NCBI GenBank assembly: GCA_965215125.1
Contig: OZ244052.1
Location: forward strand, 288,001 to 352,000
Length of the DNA: 64,000 nucleotides
DNA from: an uncultured candidatus Porisulfidus sp.
GTDB taxonomy: Bacteria > Pseudomonadota > Gammaproteobacteria > Poriferisulfidales > Oxydemutatoraceae
Direction: 5' to 3'
Shown: piece by piece, positions 1-8,513 of the stretch
How the letters are laid out: each line of letters begins with the position of its first letter
How positions within the stretch are numbered: position 1 is the stretch's first letter
Program-made: the position numbers and the translations under genes
Notes under the pieces: generated by a model
Database searches by the model: none
Seen by the model: only the letters and a program-made list of their open reading frames with translations
Told to the model about the DNA's origin: nothing

Positions 1-525
1 TTGTTGTATTTCTTCTCGCAAGTAGATTAGCGAATAGGATTCTAAAAATTCTATTTTTTGTTTCACTGTTTTTAGGTTAAGACTTTCGGGTAGAGTCCCG
101 AATCGTAGAATATCGTCCCATTTATCTATTTGATGCTCGGAATAAATCAGAGGATAAAAATATCTTTGACTGGCTCGTCCTCCCAATAAATTAGTCGAAG
201 TTCTTTTGAGTTTTCTAGCACTAGAACCCGATAGGATGAATTGTTTGTTGTTGTCCCTTTGTGCCAGAAAATGATGAACATCGTCCAACAGAATAGGAAG
301 TTTTTGGACTTCGTCGATTATAACGATTGAATCTTCGGGGATGGCGGATATCTCTTGGCGGAATAATTCCGGGTTTCTACGAAGTTTTAGATAAAGAGAA
401 GGATTGAGGAGGTCATAAAAAATGGCTTTTTTATAGCGGTTCTTAAGCCAAGTGGATTTGCCCGTTCCTCTAGGTCCTAAAATAAAGAAAGATCTGTCTG
501 AAGAGGTAAAGATTCTTTTGTACAT
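1..525 (-). CDS. AAA_14/DUF4143-type ATP-binding protein, N-terminal part (runs off window start)
   Basis: Manual translation from CAT at 523-525: MYKRIFTSSDRSFFILGPRGTGKSTW (Walker A), IIDEVQKLP (Walker B), FILSGSSARKL, NLLGGRA. Not in the ORF track because it is truncated. Confidence 0.85.
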   Translation of the reverse strand, partial: MYKRIFTSSDRSFFILGPRGTGKSTWLKNRYKKAIFYDLLNPSLYLKLRRNPELFRQEISAIPEDSIVIIDEVQKLPILLDDVHHFLAQRDNNKQFILSGSSARKLKRTSTNLLGGRASQRYFYPLIYSEHQIDKWDDILRFGTLPESLNLKTVKQKIEFLESYSLIYLREEIQQ

Positions 526-639
526 AACGAAAGATTAGCACAAAAGTTAAAAAATGTATAGTTTGTTGTCAAAATTACCATAAAAATGACATCTGATATA
601 GCATTTTTAAGTGAGGGATAACATCGGTACCAGCACTAT

Positions 640-1140
640 ACTAGCGCAGATACGCCACAACCACCCCGTGGAAAGGCTTTACATTTTGTAATATGTACTA
701 AGATTCTGCACAACGTTACGCCGATTGATTTTGATATATGTAATATCCCTAATGGACACGATATTTAGATTTTGTACGAAGTTACGCCACTTGACCTACT
801 GGCTTAAGTGGCGGGTTTACTCGGCGATAATCGGCGGTTCTATTCTGCCCCTACTGGCTCAATCGATGGTAGTCGGTATAGTGAAAGAACCTGAAATTAC
901 ACGATTACTGCGTTATGCAAGGCATTGTATTTGCACATCGCTACCGCTTTGAACCTATGAGAACAAGCCCTAGCTTGTTTGGCCTACATACCAATGCTAA
1001 GTCGGGCTGTTGAAAAAGTATCCACAAACTGTAGGACGGTACATTGGATGGGTAGCGAGTGCTTTCACGCCTATCTTTAGTTGAAAAAGTATCCACAAAC
1101 TTTAGGACGGTACATTCCCCTCCTTTGGAGGGGAATTAAC
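640..1140. repeat. Cluster of dispersed modular repeat (REP/MITE-like) units
   Basis: Contains modules seen elsewhere in the window: caaccaccccg, ggaaaggctttacattttgta, acgccgattga...aatcggcggttcta, two copies of gttgaaaaagtatccacaaact.taggacggtacatt, and palindrome ttcccctcctttggaggggaa. Confidence 0.75.
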
Positions 1141-1195
1141 TGGTGCAGATACGATAGAGCTGTTGAATATAAGCCGTACTATGCGGCTAAAGTGC

Positions 1196-1954
1196 TTAGC
1201 CGAAGGTTTTTGCCATCCATCTGACTTCTCCGATAATCTCCGCAGAGCTCGGAAACGACTCGGGCTTTGATTTCGGATGGTCGGCAATTAACTGCCATTT
1301 ATCTTGGTTTTTGCTAAGCCGCCTGACAACGAGATTATCACCGATGCGTATTGCGTAGATACGCTCCTGCCGTCGGCGGTATCGTGAAAGGTCTACCAAA
1401 ACTATTGAGTGGCTTGCTATGGTGGGTTCCATCGATTGATCTAGGATTTGCACGATAAGGCAGTATTCCGGATTCAAACCTTGTCCGTTAAACCAACTTT
1501 CCTGAAAAGATATATGACCCACAGCGCGTTTTTTCTTATCGACCGGAGTGTCATCCATAGCGGCATTAGTCTCAAAAATAGGAATCCGATACATACTACC
1601 TAATTTTGAACCTTTATACGATTTGCCGGTTTTTGATGTTTGCTTTAGGATTTTACGAGGAGGTAATCGAGATATTATCTCTTCAAGCATATCGAACATA
1701 GTTTGCTTTTCGCTAACGGCACGAACCGAAGGTGATTTTTGATGATATTTGGGACCTACATAAAACTCTAGGTTTAGGACATCGCATAAAGCGCAAAATC
1801 TCTCCACCGAGGGTACGCGCCCACGACGCATATTGCGAATAAGTTCGGGAGTGCCGGTCGCAAGAAGGGAGGCTTGGCGGGCAGAGATACCCTGCTCATC
1901 GAGGGCACGGTCAATAATTCTTAAGAGGTCTTTGCTTGAAACACGTTTATTCAT
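1196..1954 (-). CDS. Phage cI/LexA-like repressor (HTH + S24 peptidase-like domain), paralogue 1
   Basis: N-terminal HTH-like ISARQASLLATGTPELIRNMRRGRVPSVE; C-terminal QSMEPTI...IVLVD...VVRRL...IIGEVRW. Confidence 0.85.
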   Translation of the reverse strand: MNKRVSSKDLLRIIDRALDEQGISARQASLLATGTPELIRNMRRGRVPSVERFCALCDVLNLEFYVGPKYHQKSPSVRAVSEKQTMFDMLEEIISRLPPRKILKQTSKTGKSYKGSKLGSMYRIPIFETNAAMDDTPVDKKKRAVGHISFQESWFNGQGLNPEYCLIVQILDQSMEPTIASHSIVLVDLSRYRRRQERIYAIRIGDNLVVRRLSKNQDKWQLIADHPKSKPESFPSSAEIIGEVRWMAKTFG

Positions 1955-1991
1955 AATAAGGGAATTATCCCTTATTGCATGAAATATGCAA
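1955..1991 (-). promoter_or_regulatory. Putative promoter and operator of cI paralogue 1
   Basis: Near-perfect 22-bp dyad aataagggaattatcccttatt abutting the ATG. Minus strand reads TTGCAT-16nt-GATAAT, 9 nt before the ATG. Confidence 0.6.
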
Positions 1992-2084
1992 GTAGAAAAT
2001 TGTTTTGTGCCTGCGGATAGTTATCGTGAATTAGATGGTGAACGCGCTCATCGTGCGAGTACGGTACTTTGGGGAGGGCATTTT

Positions 2085-2240
2085 GAATCGCCGATTAATC
2101 CACTGAGTTAATCGGCGCGACATTGTACAGAATCTTAGCACGATTGCTAAATGCATGTATTACAAAAACCACCCCATCAAGCGGAGCCCGCCACCCTAAG
2201 GGCAGATATACGAGTCTGCCCCTAAAAGGAGGGGAATGGT
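2085..2240. repeat. Dispersed modular repeat unit between the two cI genes
   Basis: aatcgccgattaa...ttaatcggcg hairpin, aaccacccc module, and REP-like agggcagatatacgagtctgcccct. Confidence 0.7.
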
Positions 2241-2256
2241 CGGCACCTATGGGTGG

Positions 2257-3012
2257 TTAGCTGAAGGTTTTGGCCGTCCATTTTACTTCTCCGATAATCT
2301 CTGCAGAATCCGGAAAGGATTCGGATTTCAATTTCGGATAGTCGCTGACGAGCTGCCATCCATTTTTGTTCTTATCAAGACGCCTAACGACAATATCATC
2401 GTTGATTCGTATTGCGTAGATATTCCCTATTCGGCGACGGCATCTCGAACGATCAATCAGGACTATAGAACGCTTTGATATTGTCGGTTCCATAGATTTT
2501 TCTTGGACTGCCATAATAACGCAATGTTCAAAATCCAGCTTATGCCTAGCAAACCAATCGCAATGAAAAGCGATATGACATGGCTTTTGATAATCTTCGT
2601 TAGCTGTTGTTTTGTTTGTGGTAGCTTTCATTTCAAGAATGGGAATATAGCGAATTAGATCCGACTCCGAAACATACGATGCCTTAGGTTCTGCCATTTT
2701 CCGGTAAGAACTATTAGGCGGCAATCGGGACATTATTTCTCGGAACATGCTGTATATCATTCCTTTATCTTCAGCTGAGTTAGTTAAATCTGACCGTTTG
2801 GGACGTGACGGGCCTATATAAAATTCTAATTTGAGCACCTCGCATAAAGCACGAATTCTTTCTACCGAAGGTATGCTACCACGGCGTATACCGCGAATAA
2901 GTTCGGGACCTCCGGTTGCCAGAATGGAGGCTTGACGGGCAGACATGCCTTGCTTATTTAGAGCCTGATCAATAATTTTTAAGAGAGCTTTAGCTGAAAG
3001 GTCTTTATTCAT
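2257..3012 (-). CDS. Phage cI/LexA-like repressor (HTH + S24 peptidase-like domain), paralogue 2
   Basis: Colinear with and clearly similar to 1196..1954 (MSARQASILATGGPELIRG; KSMEPTI; IVVRRL; ESFPDSAEIIGEVKW). Confidence 0.85.
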   Translation of the reverse strand: MNKDLSAKALLKIIDQALNKQGMSARQASILATGGPELIRGIRRGSIPSVERIRALCEVLKLEFYIGPSRPKRSDLTNSAEDKGMIYSMFREIMSRLPPNSSYRKMAEPKASYVSESDLIRYIPILEMKATTNKTTANEDYQKPCHIAFHCDWFARHKLDFEHCVIMAVQEKSMEPTISKRSIVLIDRSRCRRRIGNIYAIRINDDIVVRRLDKNKNGWQLVSDYPKLKSESFPDSAEIIGEVKWTAKTFS

Positions 3013-3014
3013 AC

Positions 3015-3168
3015 GAGGGAATTATCCCTTATTACAGAAAATATGGCAAATAAAAATTACCCCAAAAGTGGAGAATTATAGTCATATCAGAGAGGGAATT
3101 ATTCCTCATTACAGAAAATATAGCAAATAAAAATTACCCCGAAAGTTGAGAATTATAATCATATCGGA
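3015..3168 (-). promoter_or_regulatory. Tandem 77-bp duplication of the cI promoter/operator unit
   Basis: Units begin gagggaattat at 3015 and 3092. The first reads TTGCCA-17nt-GATAAT on the minus strand, 8 nt before the ATG, and contains the dyad agggaattatccct. Confidence 0.7.
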
Positions 3169-3304
3169 ACCTGAAAGTGGTATTTGTTCATCGTTGCATG
3201 TATATAAAATTTGTGGGAATACCTAAAAAACCACCAATATACAATAACTTTTATATTCTTCTGTCATTCATCTTTTATGCTAAAATGACTTGTGATCTTG
3301 CTTA

Positions 3305-3358
3305 TTGACATAAGGTTAATTTACCCTAAAATAATCTATATGAGGGAAATTGACCTTA
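3305..3358 (+). promoter_or_regulatory. cro promoter with two operator-like sites
   Basis: TTGACA (3305)-16nt-TAAAAT, 7 nt before ATG 3340. Sites taaggttaatttaccct and agggaaattgacctta are near inverse copies of each other and resemble the cI operators. Confidence 0.6.
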
Positions 3359-3603
3359 TAAAGATTAGTAGAAAATACACACATGCCAAAAAGATTAGTC
3401 TCTCGAGGCTAGGCTTCTTGGCAGTGAAAGACGGCAAATTCTTTTCCAGACTGGAAAAAGGAAGTAGCTGCACACTTCGCACGGCGAGGCGTGTTATCCA
3501 ATATCTCTCGGATAGGTGGCCACCGGGACTGAAATGGCCATCGGACATTCGGCGACCTCCGATATCTTCTAGTCCGAAAAGAAAATCCGTACAAAACACT
3601 TGA
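3340..3603 (+). CDS. Cro-like small HTH protein, divergent from the cI pair
   Basis: MREIDLIK...ISLSRLGFLAVKDGKFFSRLEKGSSCTLRTARRVIQYLSDRWP resembles proteobacterial phage Cro-like proteins. ATG at 3340 is preferred over 3292. Confidence 0.7.
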   Translation: MREIDLIKISRKYTHAKKISLSRLGFLAVKDGKFFSRLEKGSSCTLRTARRVIQYLSDRWPPGLKWPSDIRRPPISSSPKRKSVQNT

Positions 3604-3726
3604 CAAGGACTAAAAGAATAGGGTATAAATACTACTTAAGACGATTACAAGGATGTTCTGTATTAATTGATTTTTTGCTAAAATATGTAAGATTACTTTT
3701 CATTGGTTGCCTCCTATGAGGCCCTT

Positions 3727-3765
3727 GAGGCGGTCTCTTCCCCCCTCCGACCGCCTCCCTCTTTT
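3727..3765. terminator. GC-rich hairpin between the convergent cro and fic genes
   Basis: gaggcggtc...gaccgcctc followed by cctctttt. Confidence 0.5.
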
Positions 3766-3785
3766 GAGGAAACAACTCCGATTAA

Positions 3786-4766
3786 TCACCCCTCATAAAA
3801 CTTTTTTCTAATCTCCTGCAATGTTAAACGCTTTTTTTTCATTGCGTAAATCCGTTCTACACGTTTAATCATATCGGAGTCGTATAGCTGATATCCTGCT
3901 TCGGTAACTTCGGCAACTTCAAGCAATCCTTTTTTTGTCCAATATCTAATAGTGGAATTATTTTCGGATACTTTCCCGGCTAGTTCTCCTATTTTTAACA
4001 ACTTGGTATCGTAATCAATTATCGCACTTTCACCTTGAGCCGCTTTGAGATAAATATCTAAAGAACGATTTATCGCCTTAGCGATAAGCTTCAAATAATC
4101 GTCTTTAGAACCACCCGCCTGCGCTTTCTCTAACGCCGTTATGTAGGCTAAACGTTCTCGTTTTGCGATAATCGCCGGCGGGTAACCGGACATCAATAAA
4201 ATCATATTCATCATTAGTCTGGCAGTTCTACCGTTGCCGTCTACGAAAGGGTGTATACTCACCAAACGATAATGCGCCTCCGCTGCCAAATCTATCGGAT
4301 GGATGTTGTCCGCTGTCTTAATCCATTTTATAAATTCAGTCATCATATCCGGTACTTTGATTGGATTAGGCAACACAACCGTAGAACCGGATATACGTAC
4401 TGCTACCGTACGGTAACAACCGGCGTTAGCATCATCTATACCTCGCAGGATCGTATTGTGTATTTGTAAAATATCTCTTTGTTTGAAGCTACCGGGTTTG
4501 CGGTTGACTTGCTCATGCACCCAATCCAATGCGCAGGCATGGTTTGTAGCTTCCAAATGTTCAGCCAGCAATCTACCTCCGACCGTCAAACCCTTATCAA
4601 CTACCAGAGCAGTCTCACGGCGCGTCAAAGTATTACCCTCAATCGCATTGCTGGTATAAGTCAGTTCTACTCGAAACCAGTCCTCTAAATTTCGAACCAG
4701 CACGCTCGGTAACGGACGGAACCGATCGAGCTGCTGCTTTTTTTCTGTGAGTAGTTCATAGTTCAT
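3786..4766 (-). CDS. Fic-domain protein with C-terminal MerR-type HTH
   Basis: Fic motif HPFVDGNGRTAR; autoinhibitory-type TSNAIEGN; C-terminal LLKIGELAGKVSENNSTIRYWTKKGLL...GYQLY. Likely start MNYELL. Confidence 0.88.
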   Translation of the reverse strand: MNYELLTEKKQQLDRFRPLPSVLVRNLEDWFRVELTYTSNAIEGNTLTRRETALVVDKGLTVGGRLLAEHLEATNHACALDWVHEQVNRKPGSFKQRDILQIHNTILRGIDDANAGCYRTVAVRISGSTVVLPNPIKVPDMMTEFIKWIKTADNIHPIDLAAEAHYRLVSIHPFVDGNGRTARLMMNMILLMSGYPPAIIAKRERLAYITALEKAQAGGSKDDYLKLIAKAINRSLDIYLKAAQGESAIIDYDTKLLKIGELAGKVSENNSTIRYWTKKGLLEVAEVTEAGYQLYDSDMIKRVERIYAMKKKRLTLQEIRKKFYEG

Positions 4767-4819
4767 AGAATAAACCATAAACCATAAAGTTATGGTTGTC
4801 AATATCTTAAATTTATAAC

Positions 4820-5623
4820 TTATTGTAAATAGCTTTTTTTAGCATATGAAGACAAAGAAAGTATTACTATAAAAAGCACTGCAGCCATTGCAACAATAGA
4901 CGGACTCGAAGGCGTATCAAATTGAATAGAAGCGTAAATTCCGCCAACAACGGCAATCATGCCGAGTACAGAGGCAGTTAATGCCATCGCTTCGGGTGAT
5001 CTTACCAGCTGTTTGGCAGTTGCAGCCGGGATAATCAACATAGAAGTAATTAAGAGAATTCCTACAACACGAATAGAAACGGCAACGACAATAGTCATTA
5101 GAAACATAAGCAAAAGGTGCATTAAAAATACCCGAACATTGTCTGCGATAGCTAAATCTTCATCAATAGTCATCAACACTAAAGACTCCCAATTCAACAA
5201 CAGTAGCGTTAAAACAATCGCACCACCAACATAAATCCACCACAGTTCTTCTAGGGTTACGGTTAGAATGTCGCCGAACAAATAAGCATGCAAATCAACG
5301 CGCTGCTCCAACGTGCCGATAACGATAATGCCTACGGATAGTGCCGAATGTGCTAGGATGCCGAGTAATGTATCGGTAGCTAATACTTTCTTTTGTTGCA
5401 ACCAAAGCAACAACAAAGCAAAAGCAAAACAAACAATAATCGTAGCGATGTTAGTGCCTAAACCGGTAGCCAATCCCAGTGCAATTCCCAGCAAAGCACT
5501 GTGTGCTAAAGAATCACCGAAATACGCCATACGCCGCCAAACCACGAAACAACCGATCGTGCCGGCGATAATCGCAACACCGATACCCGCAGCTAATGCG
5601 CGGAGGATAAAAGGTTCAGACAC
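4820..5623 (-). CDS. znuB: Zinc ABC transporter permease
   Basis: VWRRMAYFGDSLAHSALLG, ABC-3 permease pattern; in an operon with znuC and zur. Confidence 0.92.
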   Translation of the reverse strand: MSEPFILRALAAGIGVAIIAGTIGCFVVWRRMAYFGDSLAHSALLGIALGLATGLGTNIATIIVCFAFALLLLWLQQKKVLATDTLLGILAHSALSVGIIVIGTLEQRVDLHAYLFGDILTVTLEELWWIYVGGAIVLTLLLLNWESLVLMTIDEDLAIADNVRVFLMHLLLMFLMTIVVAVSIRVVGILLITSMLIIPAATAKQLVRSPEAMALTASVLGMIAVVGGIYASIQFDTPSSPSIVAMAAVLFIVILSLSSYAKKSYLQ

Positions 5624-6344
5624 GATCGTCGTTTTCGTGTATATGATTATGGCTATGCTGATAAACCGCGACCATCTTCGCCATATCGCGTCCGAACAAA
5701 GAAATAAACTCCGGGTCTTTGGTTACCGCTTGCGGTTCTCCGGAACAGCAGATATGATGAAAAAGACAAACGACCTGTTTTGTCGACGCCATCACCAAAT
5801 GCAAATCGTGCGACACCATCAAAATACTCAGAGGACGACTCGCATAAATCTTCTCCAATAACTTATAGAAAGCGAGTTGTCCGGAAATATCCAAGTTTTG
5901 CGCCGGTTCGTCCAATACCAATAACTCCGGATCATTTAATAAGCTCCGAGCTAGCAGTACACGTTGCAATTCTCCACCGGAAAGCACCGACACCGGTCTT
6001 GTTACGAGCTGTGCTATGTTGGTTTCGTGCAATATCCTTTGAAGTTGCGAAACATCGATGCGTTTTCGTAGACGCAAGAAGCGACCTACGGTGATAGGCA
6101 TGCTACGTTGAAAACTAAGATGCTGCGGCATATACCCGATTTTTAACCCCTTAGATCGTTCTATGGTTCCGGCATCGGCTCGTTGAAAGCCCAATAAACA
6201 TTTGAGCAACATCGACTTGCCGGCACCGTTCGGGCCTATCACGGTAATAAAATCTCGCTCGCCTATGCTAATAGATACATCTTTGAGGATATATTTTTTT
6301 CGCTTAAGAACGTTAATGCGCTTAGCTTCTATCAATACATTCAC
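5616..6344 (-). CDS. znuC: Zinc ABC transporter ATPase
   Basis: GPNGAGKS, LSGGELQRVLLAR, LVLDEP, HICCSGEP and a His-rich tail. Confidence 0.93.
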   Translation of the reverse strand: MNVLIEAKRINVLKRKKYILKDVSISIGERDFITVIGPNGAGKSMLLKCLLGFQRADAGTIERSKGLKIGYMPQHLSFQRSMPITVGRFLRLRKRIDVSQLQRILHETNIAQLVTRPVSVLSGGELQRVLLARSLLNDPELLVLDEPAQNLDISGQLAFYKLLEKIYASRPLSILMVSHDLHLVMASTKQVVCLFHHICCSGEPQAVTKDPEFISLFGRDMAKMVAVYQHSHNHIHENDDRV

Positions 6345-6345
6345 A

Positions 6346-6807
6346 TTATTTTTTCATACAGTCGCTACACTTGCCGTTAATCTCCAACGTAGTGTGGCGC
6401 GGGCTAAATTTATTTTTGCCGGTAGTCTCGACAATAGCATCGTATATCACTTGGTCACAATACTCTTTGACTTCTTGACATTCACTGCATATCAAAAAAT
6501 AACATCCCTGATGTTTGCCCGGATGAGAACATCCTACATAGGCATTCAGGCTTTCCAGCTTATGAACAAAACCTTGTTCTATAAGAAAATCCAGAGTGCG
6601 ATAAACCGTCGGAGGTTTGGCCGAATAATCCATATCTTTGAGCTTATCTAAAATGTCATAGGCTTTGGTAGGTTTATGACTTGCCCATATCATTTCCAGT
6701 ACTTTACGCCTTAAGTCTGTAAAACGAAGCTCCTCTTCTTTACATATCCGTTCCGCCTCACTCATTGCATTGCGAATACAATTTTTATGCGAAACACATT
6801 TATCCAT
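6346..6807 (-). CDS. zur: Zinc uptake regulator (Fur family)
   Basis: KAYDILD, PPTVYRTLDFL, CSEC and CSDC zinc sites; located in the znu locus. Confidence 0.92.
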   Translation of the reverse strand: MDKCVSHKNCIRNAMSEAERICKEEELRFTDLRRKVLEMIWASHKPTKAYDILDKLKDMDYSAKPPTVYRTLDFLIEQGFVHKLESLNAYVGCSHPGKHQGCYFLICSECQEVKEYCDQVIYDAIVETTGKNKFSPRHTTLEINGKCSDCMKK

Positions 6808-6835
6808 TATTCATTATTTAATTGATTTGCCCAAG

Positions 6836-6858
6836 TAAATGTTATAATATAACATACC
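6836..6858. promoter_or_regulatory. Zur box
   Basis: taaATGTTATAaTATAACATacc matches the proteobacterial consensus GAAATGTTATANTATAACATTTC and lies between divergent zur and znuA. Confidence 0.9.
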
Positions 6859-6894
6859 AATTAGATGAGCGAACAAATATTCGGAGTGTTAGTC

Positions 6895-7941
6895 ATGATA
6901 AAAAGAAAGTTTATATTATTTCTCGCTTTATTGATAGCGTTGTCGGCAAACGCAACAGAAATAGAATCTAATAGCGTAATCGTTACGATTAAGCCGTTAC
7001 ATTCTTTGGTTGCAGGAGTAATCGGAGATACCGGAAAAGCGCAGTTATTGGTTGACGAGGCTGTATCTCCTCATCATATGCAGTTAAAGCCTTCTCAAAT
7101 CAAAAGCATGCAAGAAGCGCACATTATCTTTTATATAGATGATAGTTTTGAGACATTTCTTGCACATGTTTTTAATATTCTGCCGGACGATGTGTTAAAA
7201 GTATCGATGATAGACAACGCAGCATTAATGTTACTACCCTATCGCAAAGGGACGGATTGGGAAGTACATGACCACCACGCGGACGAACACGATGCGGACG
7301 AACACAATGCGCACGACCACCATGCAGACGAGCATGAGGCACATGACGAACATGATACGCACGACCACCATGCGGACGAGCATGAGGCACATGACGAACA
7401 CGATACGCATGAAAGTTACGATATGCATGTATGGCTAGATCCAAAAAACGCTCAAAAGATGGTTGCACTAATCGCCGATACGCTTAGCACTGTATATCCC
7501 GAACACCGTGATATTTACAAAGCAAATGCACAAGGGTTGATGGAAAAAATAGATCGCTTGAATGTAGAACTCAAGACAGAACTCTCCCCGATACAAAACA
7601 AACCCTTTATCGTTTTTCACGACGCATATCAATATTTTGAACACGCTTATGGACTAAACGGCGTAGGGTCTATTACGTTTGAAGGAGGTGAGTTGCTGTC
7701 GCCGGTACGTATTAAATCAGTACGAGAAAAATTGCAGCGCACCAGGGCTACTTGCGTTTTCAGCGAACCGCAATTTCCCGCTCGCCCAATACAGACAATC
7801 GCCGAAGGTTTTGATATAAAGGTCTCGGTACTGGATCCGCTGGGTGCGAACTTAGCCAGCGACGAAAGCCTATACTTCGGTCTGCTTGAGGATTTGGCAC
7901 ACAACTTAACACAATGCTTAACGTCTGAAAACAAAGATTAA
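6895..7941 (+). CDS. znuA: Zinc ABC transporter substrate-binding protein
   Basis: Signal peptide, TIKPL, SPHH, His/Asp/Glu-rich loop, DMHVWLDP, VFHDAYQYFE. Start at 6895 has a GGAG RBS. Confidence 0.93.
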   Translation: MIKRKFILFLALLIALSANATEIESNSVIVTIKPLHSLVAGVIGDTGKAQLLVDEAVSPHHMQLKPSQIKSMQEAHIIFYIDDSFETFLAHVFNILPDDVLKVSMIDNAALMLLPYRKGTDWEVHDHHADEHDADEHNAHDHHADEHEAHDEHDTHDHHADEHEAHDEHDTHESYDMHVWLDPKNAQKMVALIADTLSTVYPEHRDIYKANAQGLMEKIDRLNVELKTELSPIQNKPFIVFHDAYQYFEHAYGLNGVGSITFEGGELLSPVRIKSVREKLQRTRATCVFSEPQFPARPIQTIAEGFDIKVSVLDPLGANLASDESLYFGLLEDLAHNLTQCLTSENKD

Positions 7942-7952
7942 GCAATCATGCG

Positions 7953-8316
7953 CGGCTGTTAAAAGTAGAATCGCCGATTGAGCCAGTAGGTCAATCGGCG
8001 TAACTTTGAGCAGAACCTTAACATATTGGTGACGCATGCATTACAAAATGCAAAAATCGCCGATTGAGCCAGTAGGTCAATCGGCGTAACTTTGAGCAGA
8101 ACCTTAACATATTGGTGACGCATGCATTACAAAATGCAAAGCCTTTCCATGGAGTGGTACATTCCCCTCCTTCGGAGGGGTGGCAGGCGTAGCCTGACGG
8201 GGTGGTTGTGTCGTATCTGCATGATTTATAAATTCATTTATCCAATTTATGGAAACCAAAACCATACGGTGCAAGCGGTTGCAATTGTGCAAAACGGTAC
8301 TTTTTCAACACTCCCC
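7953..8316. repeat. MITE-like composite repeat with an internal 2 x 86-bp tandem duplication
   Basis: 7969-8054 and 8055-8140 are duplicated. Contains ttcccctccttcggaggggtggcaggcgtagcctgacggggtggtt. Ends ggctgttaaaagt and actttttcaacactccc. Confidence 0.75.
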
Positions 8317-8513
8317 AATGTCTGCACTAAAAGTACCGCTCGCTACGGATAATGCGTTTACCCACCAATTTAAAACAACTACCCGTAGAAGCAGACTAAA
8401 TGGTATAACATACCTATTAGATTAATCAATATTGAGGTGCTACACGGTATCAAGAAATTACAGTGCAAAGCGTGAATAAAAAATCTACCATTTAGTAAGA
8501 CCTGCTAAAATAC

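Noticed and set aside
1010-1100. DnaA-box-like gtatccaca twice (oriC?)
   Set aside because: Imperfect match, part of a dispersed repeat module also found at about 12630, and no dnaA/gidA context.
1196-3603. Intact prophage
   Set aside because: No integrase, replication, packaging or structural genes, and no att repeats seen.
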